Of a stretch of 48,860 nt of DNA, positions 8,901-16,418 are shown piece by piece. Every line of letters begins with the position of its first letter. Position 1 is the first letter of the stretch. Below the pieces are notes generated by a model, which saw only the letters and a list, made by a program, of their open reading frames with translations, was not told the DNA's origin and ran no database searches. A program made the position numbers and the translations under genes. This stretch comes from Candidatus Sericytochromatia bacterium (GTDB taxonomy: Bacteria > Cyanobacteriota > Sericytochromatia > S15B-MN24 > UBA4093): contig JAKFBU010000064.1 of NCBI GenBank assembly GCA_036676985.1, positions 1-48,860 of the forward strand, written 5' to 3'.

Positions 8901-11486
8901 CTACGGCTGGATCAAGAGCGTCGTGATCTCGCCCGAGCCCACCTGCAGGGTGATGCGCTGGGCGCCCACCTCGCGCTGGGCCTCCTCGGCGAGGTTCGCG
9001 ATCGCGATCGCCCGGTGCGGCAGGGTCACGGCGAGCTCCGTCTCGATCTCGCGCTCGGTCGGGTTGTACACCCGCACCACCAGACCGTCCTGGCCGTCGG
9101 CGCGCTTGACGGCACTCACCACCAGCCGGTGGTCGCCCACCGTCAGCCAGTTGCCGAGCGTACGGCCACCGGCCAGAGGCGCCAGGTCCCCGCCGAAGCC
9201 GTGGCTCCAGAGGGGCGCCACGAAGCCGTGGGCCGCGGGCTGGGGCGTGCTCCAGTGCTCGCGGTAGGGCAAGAGCGCGTAGCGGAAGCGCTGCGGGCCC
9301 TGGCACTGGGCGTCGGGCGTCTCGAAGTGAGGGCCCGCCCCGCCGCCGCGGGTGCGCAGGTCGTCCCGGCTGAGCCAGCCGACGCAGCGCAGCAACGTGA
9401 CGACCAGGCCCCAGTTGCCGTCCTCGCTCTGGGACACCTCGGCCTCGGGCAGGCCCTGGTTCGCGACCATGAGGCCGTAGTCGCCCTCGACGGCGCTCCA
9501 GGTCTGCTGCGGGAAGGTGCGGTCCGTGTACTCCTCGAGCTTGCCGACGGGCAGCTCCGGCATGGGGTGCTCCAGGGGACGCTGGGCCACCCAGAACTGG
9601 TTCTCGCTCCAGGCGCGGACGTCCTCCTTGAGGCCGGTGCCGAAGCGCACCCGCAGGCGGTGGTCCCGCACGCGGTTGTCGAGCTCGGTGTCGACCTCGA
9701 CCGTGCGGCTGCCGGCGCGCAGCGTGAAGCGGCTCAGCACGATGACGCTGACCTTGCGCTTGCTGCGGGTTTTGCGATCGCCCGACAGCTGCTCCGGCAG
9801 CTCCAGGCGGTAGACCACGCGCAGCACGGCCTCGGCCTCGGTCGAGCGCTCGACCACCCAGTGCTCGAGCTGGCTCTTGACCACCGCGTCGTGCTCGGGC
9901 GGCGAGAAGTTGTACTCGTCACCGGCATCACCGCCGTCCTCGAAGCTATGGACGTCCGCGTACAGGGCGCCGGTGTCCAGGTCCTCGAGATACAGGGCAC
10001 CGTCCTTGACGAAGAGGCGCAGGTGCTCGTTGGAGATGCTGTTGGGGCCGGTGGCCGTGCCCTGCTCGAGGGTATCGGGCGCGCCGGGCTTGGCAAACAG
10101 GCGCTTGACGCCCATGGCGGGCACGTCCTCGACCAGGGCCGTGAACTGGAAGCGGCGCACCGGGCGCCAGCCGGGGAAGAGGTCGACCTCCGAGTAGAAG
10201 GCCTCGGTGTCCTCGACGCCCTCGAGCAGGCTCGGGACCTTGCGGCCGCGCTCGTCGACCAGGTGCACGTCCTCGGGAGCACCCTCGAGGGGCCACTCGA
10301 TCTCGACCTTGACCCAGTCCGTGCGATCCCAGCCGAGCGGGTTGTAGACGATGGCCCCGGGCTCCGAGCCCTCGGGGGCGAGCGCGTGCAGGGCACGCGT
10401 CACCAGGCTCTCGCCGAGCTCCTTGGCCTCCGAGAAGCGGCCGAGCATCTCGCGGTGCACCTCGTCCACCGAGCAGCCGCAGATGGAGTCGTGCGGCTGG
10501 TTGAGGAGGATCTTGCGCCAGCCCTCGCGGTTGTAGCCCTCGGGGAAGGCACCGCCCAGGGCGGCCACGAGGCCCGTCAGGGGCTCCACGTAGCGCTCCC
10601 AGAGGGTCTGGCAGTCGGCGTTGAGCTGCTTGAGGTACATGCGGGCCGAGAGCACGCCGGGCAAGAGGTAGGCCATGCCGCCGTAGGACAGTCGGCCGCC
10701 CGCGCGCAGCTCGCCCGTGTACTCGTGGCCGTTGGGAGGCGCACCGTTGAAGGAGTCGCTCACGCGGCCGAGGCGGATCTTGCCGTCGGGCCACTTTTCC
10801 TGGATGGCCTGAACGATCTCGGGCAGGTCCGAGTTGGGTGCCAGGTGGTCGCAGCCCGACAGGAGCAGGATGCGGTCGTGCTTGTGCTCGGCCAGGAACT
10901 TGTTGAAGGTGTCGAGGCGCGTCTCGAGCGGGAGCTTTTCCCACAGGAAGATGTTGCAGTAGCCGGTGGGCAAAAAGGTCGTCGCGATGCGCGCGCCCGA
11001 GGGGGCCCGCCACCAGAAGAGCTCGCCGTCGGGGTCGATGCCGCGCCAGATGATGGCCCGCTCCATGCCGAAGCCGAGCAGGATCTGGGGGATCTGCGCC
11101 ACGTGGCCGAACATGTCGGGCAGGTAGCCCACGTCGGCGGTGCCGCCGAACTCCTTGGTGAGGCGCCGGCCGTACTGGAGGTTGCGGATGAGGGACTCGC
11201 CGCTGACGAGGAACTCGTCGGGCAGGATGTACCAGGGCCCGATGGAGAGCTTGCCCGACTTGACCAGGGCCGTGAGGCGATCGCGCCGCTCGGGGCGGAT
11301 CGTCAGGTAGTCCTCGAGCATGACCGTCTGGCCGTCGAGCATGAAGTGCGGGATGGTGCCCGCCTCCAGGAGGTCGATGACCCGATCGACCGCGTCGACG
11401 AGGCGCAGGCGGAAGGCCTGGAAGGTCCGGTACCACTCACGATCCCAGTGCGTATGGGGAACGACGACGACTTCCTTGGTCACCAA
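8901..11486 (-). CDS. GH38 alpha-mannosidase (MngB-like)
   Basis: HTHWDREWY, LDGQT, GPWY, PDMFGH, HDSICGCS, DHRLRV; TTG start with AGGAG RBS. Confidence 0.92.
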   Translation of the reverse strand: MVTKEVVVVPHTHWDREWYRTFQAFRLRLVDAVDRVIDLLEAGTIPHFMLDGQTVMLEDYLTIRPERRDRLTALVKSGKLSIGPWYILPDEFLVSGESLIRNLQYGRRLTKEFGGTADVGYLPDMFGHVAQIPQILLGFGMERAIIWRGIDPDGELFWWRAPSGARIATTFLPTGYCNIFLWEKLPLETRLDTFNKFLAEHKHDRILLLSGCDHLAPNSDLPEIVQAIQEKWPDGKIRLGRVSDSFNGAPPNGHEYTGELRAGGRLSYGGMAYLLPGVLSARMYLKQLNADCQTLWERYVEPLTGLVAALGGAFPEGYNREGWRKILLNQPHDSICGCSVDEVHREMLGRFSEAKELGESLVTRALHALAPEGSEPGAIVYNPLGWDRTDWVKVEIEWPLEGAPEDVHLVDERGRKVPSLLEGVEDTEAFYSEVDLFPGWRPVRRFQFTALVEDVPAMGVKRLFAKPGAPDTLEQGTATGPNSISNEHLRLFVKDGALYLEDLDTGALYADVHSFEDGGDAGDEYNFSPPEHDAVVKSQLEHWVVERSTEAEAVLRVVYRLELPEQLSGDRKTRSKRKVSVIVLSRFTLRAGSRTVEVDTELDNRVRDHRLRVRFGTGLKEDVRAWSENQFWVAQRPLEHPMPELPVGKLEEYTDRTFPQQTWSAVEGDYGLMVANQGLPEAEVSQSEDGNWGLVVTLLRCVGWLSRDDLRTRGGGAGPHFETPDAQCQGPQRFRYALLPYREHWSTPQPAAHGFVAPLWSHGFGGDLAPLAGGRTLGNWLTVGDHRLVVSAVKRADGQDGLVVRVYNPTEREIETELAVTLPHRAIAIANLAEEAQREVGAQRITLQVGSGEITTLLIQP

Positions 11487-11706
11487 AGGGGCTCACTCCT
11501 CTATGTACGACAGGGCCGAACACAGGGTAACGGAGAATGCCCCAGTTGAAAAGGCGGCGGGCGCTTTGTGAAATCTTCGTTTTGTCCCTGTTAAACGGCC
11601 CGATCCGGGGGATAAAACGAGTAGTGGATCGAAGACCGTCCGGATGGATGTTCGGCCTCTGCTGGGTCTCGATCGCTTTTCCCAGCTCCAACCCAAGGAG
11701 TCGCGC

Positions 11707-12090
11707 ATGAGCCACCTTTCGGTTTCCTCCCATGCTCCGGTGCGTCCCTCCCTTTCGGCTCCGGCCCCGCGCGCGGATCAGCGCCCCGGGGCTCCGTCGG
11801 CGCGCATGCGCTCGGACGGGCTCTCGCTGTCGGCGAGCGCCTCGGTGCTGAGCTCCGGCGAGGCCTTGCAGGCCCTCGCGCTGTTGCGTCGCCTTGCCGA
11901 GCACGGCGGCGGCATTCTCAAGTGCGATCAGGGCGAGCAGCTGTCGCCGCAGGAGGCCGTCGAGCGCCTTGCCAACGGCCTCGAGGTCGTCGCCAAGGTC
12001 CCCGCATCGGGCACGGCCCGCTCCAGCAGTGCGCTCTTGTTCTCGCTCGAGGACGTGAAGCCGCTCAGCTCCAAGCTGGAATCGGCGTAA
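11707..12090 (+). CDS. hypothetical protein with S/P/A-rich N-terminus
   Basis: AAGGAG RBS before ATG 11707, GC-biased codons, no recognised family. Confidence 0.7.
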   Translation: MSHLSVSSHAPVRPSLSAPAPRADQRPGAPSARMRSDGLSLSASASVLSSGEALQALALLRRLAEHGGGILKCDQGEQLSPQEAVERLANGLEVVAKVPASGTARSSSALLFSLEDVKPLSSKLESA

Positions 12091-12168
12091 GAGCGCCTAA
12101 CGAAACTGTTCCTTCTAGCCGCCGATAGGCGGCCACAGGCGACACATGCCTGGTTTTGTTAGGTGCTC
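12091..12168. mobile_element. 78 bp MITE-like element, copy 1
   Basis: Terminal IRs GAGCGCCTAACGAAAC / GTTTTGTTAGGTGCTC, TAA on both flanks (12088-90, 12169-71), second copy at 28728. Confidence 0.75.
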
Positions 12169-12188
12169 TAAGCGGCGCCCCCGACACG

Positions 12189-12219
12189 CGAAAGCCCCGG
12201 CCACTGGCCGGGGCTTTCG
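12189..12219. terminator. bidirectional intrinsic terminator
   Basis: CGAAAGCCCCGGCCA-C-TGGCCGGGGCTTTCG between convergent genes. Confidence 0.8.
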
Positions 12220-12227
12220 TCTTGCCC

Positions 12228-14045
12228 TTACGCCTTGACCAGCACCTTCTCGTCAGCCCCCTGGTACAGGGCCTCGATCTGGCGGCGGAACTTCTCGGTG
12301 ATGACCCGCCGCTTGAGCTTGAGGGTCGGCGTGAGCTCCCCACTCTCCTGGCTGAAGGCCTGAGGCAGCAGCTCGAAGCGCTTGATCTGCTCGAAAGCCG
12401 CCAGGCTCTTGTTCTCCTGGGCGATCGCCTCGGCCACCGCCGCATGCACCGTCGGACTCGCCATCAGCTCGTCCGTGGTCGACCACTCGATGCCCGCCTC
12501 GCTGGCGATGCGTTCGGCCACCACCTGGTCCGGCACGATGAGGGCCGTGATGTAGTTGCGCTTCTCGCCCAACAACATGGCCTGCTCGATGATGGGATGC
12601 ATCTGCAGCCGGTTTTCCACGGGCTGCGGAGCCACCTTCTTGCCGTTGGACATGACGAGGATCTCCTTCTTGCGATCGATGATCGCCAGGTATCCCTCGT
12701 CGTCGAACTGCCCGATGTCGCCCGTGTGGAACCAGCCGTCCTGGTCCAGCACCTCGCGGGTGGCGGGCTCGTTGCCCCAGTAGCCCTTCATGATGTTGGG
12801 GCCGCGGGCGATGATCTCGCCGTCGTCGGCGAGCCGCACCTCGACTCCGTCCAGGGGGCGGCCGACCGTGCCGAACTTGGGGCGATCGGGCGGGTTGAAG
12901 GCCAGGACCGGCGAGGTCTCCGTCAGGCCGTAGCCCTCGATGACCGGGATGCCCGCGATCTGGAAGAAGCGGCCGATCTCGGCGGCCAAGGGCGCAGCGC
13001 CCGAGATGATGAAGCGCAGGCGGCCGCCCAGGGCCTCGCGGATCTGCTTGAAGACGAGCCTGTCGGCCGCCTGGTAGAGCACGTTGGTCGGGAAGACCAC
13101 GCGGCCTTCCTCGTTCATGACCTTGTGGAAGAACTCGCCGATCTCGAGAGCCGTGTAGAAGAGCTCGCGCTTGAGGGGCGCGTCGTGCTCGATCTTCTCG
13201 ATCGTGCGGTTGTAGACCTTCTCGAGGACGCGCGGGACCGATACCAGCAGCGTCGGGCGGACCTCGACCAGGTTCTGGGGCAGGGTCTCGATGCTCTCGG
13301 CGTAGGCGATGGTCGAGCCCGAGGACAGGAGGGCATAGTAGACGACCCGCTCGAAGACGTGCGAGAGAGGCAGGAACGACAGCTCGATGTCCGTGGGCTC
13401 GATGCCGATCACGCCCGCGGCCGTCAGGGAGTTGGAGCCGAAGTTGCGGTGGGTGAGCATGGCGCCCTTGGGCTCGCCGGTGGTCCCCGACGTGTAGACG
13501 ATGGAGGCCAGATCGTCCGGACGGATGGCCTCGCGACGGGCCTTGAGAGCGTCCTGCTGGCGATCGCGACCCGCCTCGCCGCGGCTCAGGGCCTCGGAGA
13601 ACCGGACGACGCGCTCGGGCAGCTGCTCCTCCAGCTCGTCCATCACGAGGATGAGCTGCAGGGAGGGGATGTCGGCCGCGACCGAGAGGAGCTTCTCGAG
13701 CTGGGCGCGGGTGGAGACCACCGCCGCCATGGCCTCGCAGTCGTTGAGGAGCTGCGCCACCTGGCCGCCGGTCAAGGTCGGGTAGACGGGCACGTCGATG
13801 GCCCCGATGGCGAGCGCGGCCTGGTCCGCGATCACCCACTCCGGACGGTTCTCGCTCAGGATGGCCACGCGCTCGCCGTGCCCGACACCGGCCTCCATCA
13901 GGAAGCCCGCCAGGTGCTCCACGCGGCGCGAGAACTCACGGTAGGTCAGGGAACGATAGCGTCCGCCCTCTTTATACATGAGGGCAGGCCGGTCTCCGAA
14001 TTGCGCGACAGTTTGCAGGAAGATCGCCGGAAGCGTCGTGGCCAT
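12228..14045 (-). CDS. fadD: long-chain fatty-acid-CoA ligase (AMP-dependent)
   Basis: YTSGTTGEPKG, FLPLSHVFER, EGYGLTET, GWFHTGDIG, DRKKE, LTPTLKLKR. Confidence 0.9.
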   Translation of the reverse strand: MATTLPAIFLQTVAQFGDRPALMYKEGGRYRSLTYREFSRRVEHLAGFLMEAGVGHGERVAILSENRPEWVIADQAALAIGAIDVPVYPTLTGGQVAQLLNDCEAMAAVVSTRAQLEKLLSVAADIPSLQLILVMDELEEQLPERVVRFSEALSRGEAGRDRQQDALKARREAIRPDDLASIVYTSGTTGEPKGAMLTHRNFGSNSLTAAGVIGIEPTDIELSFLPLSHVFERVVYYALLSSGSTIAYAESIETLPQNLVEVRPTLLVSVPRVLEKVYNRTIEKIEHDAPLKRELFYTALEIGEFFHKVMNEEGRVVFPTNVLYQAADRLVFKQIREALGGRLRFIISGAAPLAAEIGRFFQIAGIPVIEGYGLTETSPVLAFNPPDRPKFGTVGRPLDGVEVRLADDGEIIARGPNIMKGYWGNEPATREVLDQDGWFHTGDIGQFDDEGYLAIIDRKKEILVMSNGKKVAPQPVENRLQMHPIIEQAMLLGEKRNYITALIVPDQVVAERIASEAGIEWSTTDELMASPTVHAAVAEAIAQENKSLAAFEQIKRFELLPQAFSQESGELTPTLKLKRRVITEKFRRQIEALYQGADEKVLVKA

Positions 14046-14103
14046 GAGTGTTACTACCCCCTATATGATGCGTCGATTGATCCATCGTTGGACCGTCGCT
14101 CGA

Positions 14104-14126
14104 CATTGTAAAGGATGTTTACAATG
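14104..14126. promoter_or_regulatory. palindromic operator upstream of fadD
   Basis: CATTGTAAA-GGATG-TTTACAATG, perfect 9 bp AT-rich arms in a GC-rich background. Confidence 0.6.
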
Positions 14127-14148
14127 ATCGCAAACGGGCAGCACGCAA

Positions 14149-14178
14149 CGAGCCCCGGGGGTCCTCCCCCGGGGCTCG
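14149..14178 (-). terminator. GC hairpin after the P/Q/Y-rich gene
   Basis: CGAGCCCCGGGG...CCCCGGGGCTCG stem. Confidence 0.6.
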
Positions 14179-14194
14179 CGCGCGTTCCGTAAAC

Positions 14195-14992
14195 TTACTT
14201 GAAGAGGCCGCCGATGGCGTTCACCAGGCCCGCGACGCCCTGAATGCCCTGGTTGACCTGGGTGCTCCAGTCGCCGCCGCCGGTCGGGTTGAAGGGCGGG
14301 GTGCCCCCATAGGGCTGCTGGTAACCCGGCTGCGGATAGGCGGGCTGCTGGTAACCAGGCTGCGGGTAGGCGGGCTGCTGGTAGCCGGGATACTGCTGAT
14401 ACACGGGCGGCTGGCTAGGGGGCTGCTGGTTCGGCACGTAGACCGAGGTCGCCGTGGAGGGCGTGGCGGCCGGCTGCTCGGGCTTCTTCTTGTTGAAGAG
14501 GCCGACGATGCCCGTGATGAGGGGGATGGCCGTGTCGATGACCGGAGCCGTCTTCTGGACGAACTCGTCGTAGCCCTTGTCGTTGACCACGCCGCGGAAA
14601 GCGCCGAGCGTCTGCGAGATGGGACCCTGGTAGCCGGGCATCCCCGGGGCGTAACCGGGCTGCGGATAGCCGGGCTGCGGATAGCCCGCGGGGTAGGTGG
14701 GCTGGGGCTGAGCCGTCGGCTGGGGATAGGTCGGCTGCGGGTAGCCGGGCTGCTGGGGGTAGTTGGGGTTGTTCCAGGGCTGCGGCTGCGCGCCGACGGG
14801 CTGCTGAGTGCCCAGGGGCTGCGGGGTCGAACGGCCCGGAGACGGCGTGTAGGACGACGCGTAGGGGTTGTAGGCGGGCGGGTTACCAGCGGTGGGCTGA
14901 ACCGAGGCCGCCATGCCGGACTGTGCGGGCGCCGCCGGGGTGTTGCGGTACTGCGCGTAGAAGTTCTGGAAGTTGTCGATGGCGTTCGGCAT
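14195..14992 (-). CDS. Pro/Gln/Tyr-rich low-complexity hypothetical protein
   Basis: GGGAGG RBS before ATG 14992; YPQPG/YQQPA repeats; two short amphipathic helices ending GLF(N/K). Confidence 0.8.
   Translation of the reverse strand: MPNAIDNFQNFYAQYRNTPAAPAQSGMAASVQPTAGNPPAYNPYASSYTPSPGRSTPQPLGTQQPVGAQPQPWNNPNYPQQPGYPQPTYPQPTAQPQPTYPAGYPQPGYPQPGYAPGMPGYQGPISQTLGAFRGVVNDKGYDEFVQKTAPVIDTAIPLITGIVGLFNKKKPEQPAATPSTATSVYVPNQQPPSQPPVYQQYPGYQQPAYPQPGYQQPAYPQPGYQQPYGGTPPFNPTGGGDWSTQVNQGIQGVAGLVNAIGGLFK
14312..14389 (-). repeat. 30 bp coding tandem repeat (about 2.6 units; YQQPAYPQPG)
   Basis: gggctgctggtaacc(c/a)ggctgcgg(a/g)taggc repeated. Confidence 0.8.
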
Positions 14993-15024
14993 AGGGGACC
15001 TCCCTCGGGTGAGTGACACCCTGG

Positions 15025-15089
15025 TTATGGGAGATCTCGGCCGACATTCGGTAAAGGGATCCGGAAGCCGAGAGTAACTTTCGGTAAAG
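15025..15089 (-). promoter_or_regulatory. shared CTTTACCGA motif (two copies 33 bp apart) with downstream CCCATAA
   Basis: TCGGTAAAG at 15048-56 and 15081-89 on plus strand; same motif at 25855 and 29536. Confidence 0.6.
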
Positions 15090-15092
15090 GTT

Positions 15093-15914
15093 TTAGCCCT
15101 TGACCGCTCCGGCCGTCTGGCCCGCGATGAAGAAGCGCTGCAGGAAGAGGAAGACCAGGAGGATGGGGAGGATGGCGAGGACGGCGCCTGCCGCGATCAG
15201 GCGCCAGTTGGCCGAGAAGGTGCCCGCCAGGTACGCGATGCCCACCGGCAGCGTGTAGAGATCCGGGTTCTTGAGAACCAAGAGGGGCCACAGGAAGTCA
15301 CCCCACGCCGCCACGAAGTCGAAGATGGCAAGAGTCGCCAGGGACGGCGTGACCAGCGGGATGAGCACCCGCCAGAAGATCTGCCACGAGCTCGCGCCGT
15401 CCATGAGGGCCGCCTCCTCCAGCTCGCGCGGCACGGCCACAAAGGCGTTGCGCATGAGGAAGATCCCGAAGGCGTTGACGGCCGTCGGCAAGAGCAGGCC
15501 CGCGTACGAGTTGATGAGCCCGAGCTTGGTCACCAGCAGGAAGAGCGGGATCATGAGCACGGGCAGGGGCACCATGAGGGTGGCCAGGAGGGCCGCCTCG
15601 ATGCCCTTGGCGCCCGTGAACTTCATGCGGGCGAGGGGATAGGCCGCCAGACTCGCCAGGACGACGTTGAGGACCACCGAGACCAGGGACACGCCCACGC
15701 TGTTGAGGAAGTAGCGGCCCAGGGGAACAGCGTCCGAGACCTGCACGAAGTTGTCGAGGGTGGGTGAAGCCGGCCAGAGGGATGGGGGATAGGCGAAGAT
15801 GTTCTCGCCGGGGCCCTTGAGGGCCGTCACGAGCAGCCACGCGAAGGGCCCCACCGTCACCAGGGTGAGGGCGAGGAGGACGATCCCCCAAAGGGCCGTG
15901 CGGAGGGGCTTCAT
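15093..15914 (-). CDS. carbohydrate ABC transporter permease (MalG/UgpE-like)
   Basis: TLDNF, FLNS, EAA loop ELEEAALMDGAS, W.DFLWPL, FLQRFFI..G. Confidence 0.92.
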   Translation of the reverse strand: MKPLRTALWGIVLLALTLVTVGPFAWLLVTALKGPGENIFAYPPSLWPASPTLDNFVQVSDAVPLGRYFLNSVGVSLVSVVLNVVLASLAAYPLARMKFTGAKGIEAALLATLMVPLPVLMIPLFLLVTKLGLINSYAGLLLPTAVNAFGIFLMRNAFVAVPRELEEAALMDGASSWQIFWRVLIPLVTPSLATLAIFDFVAAWGDFLWPLLVLKNPDLYTLPVGIAYLAGTFSANWRLIAAGAVLAILPILLVFLFLQRFFIAGQTAGAVKG

Positions 15915-16072
15915 GCCCGAAGGGCCTCGTGCATGCCCCAATTCTAGCCTTCCTGCCCCGGATCGGCAAATCCCGGTGCCGACCGGGCCTCCCCTGGGTA
16001 TAACCGGATCGTCAGGCAAGCGAGTGTAGGGAGCAGGCCGAGCCCCCTGCACGAGGAAAGGAGCACGGCACC

Positions 16073-16264
16073 ATGGCCAAGCTGTCGGTCGAGGACATCG
16101 AAGAGCAGTACGGGATCACCTCCCGCGAGATTCGCAACGCGCTGGCCGAGGGTCAGTTGACGGGCGAACGCAACCACGGGACGTGGTTCGTGACGGAGAA
16201 GAGCCTCCAGGAAGCGATCGACCAGGGCATTCTCAAGCACCGCAAGAAGGCCGCCCAGTCCTAA
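16073..16264 (+). CDS. small excisionase/BldC-like (HTH_17-type) DNA-binding protein
   Basis: AAGGAG RBS; LSVEDI..YGIT..EIR.....GQL.G.R..GTWFV pattern; basic tail. Confidence 0.7.
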   Translation: MAKLSVEDIEEQYGITSREIRNALAEGQLTGERNHGTWFVTEKSLQEAIDQGILKHRKKAAQS

Positions 16265-16282
16265 CCTCCCTGCGACCCAACC

Positions 16283-16309
16283 CGCCTCGGCTCACGCCGG
16301 GGCGTTTTT
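16283..16309 (+). terminator. intrinsic terminator
   Basis: CGCCTCGGC-TCAC-GCCGGGGCG followed by TTTTT. Confidence 0.75.
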
Positions 16310-16418
16310 GCGTTCTAGGGACGCTTGAGCCCTGACAAGGGGACGCTTTCCAGTATAATGGGGGGCGGTCTCTGTTGCCCCCCGACGCTTTCGTACGTCC
16401 ACTCCACAGGAGCCCCCC

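Noticed and set aside
1872-11549. Very long plus-strand ORFs (1307, 797 and 1225 aa) and similar ones elsewhere
   Set aside because: Antisense shadows of well-supported genes, expected at high GC; no recognisable motifs
11581-11616. Fourth copy of the shared promoter motif or a sigma28 promoter (TAAA...GGGGATAA)
   Set aside because: Lacks CTTTACCGA, and the TAAA spacing is 12 rather than about 15
12091-12168. attC integron site (GCCTAAC...GTTAGGT after an ORF)
   Set aside because: The IR extends through the would-be unpaired spacer, no complementary L boxes are present, a TAA duplication fits a MITE, and no integrase is seen
14312-14389. CRISPR-like repeats
   Set aside because: Contiguous in-frame coding repeats without spacers; no cas genes
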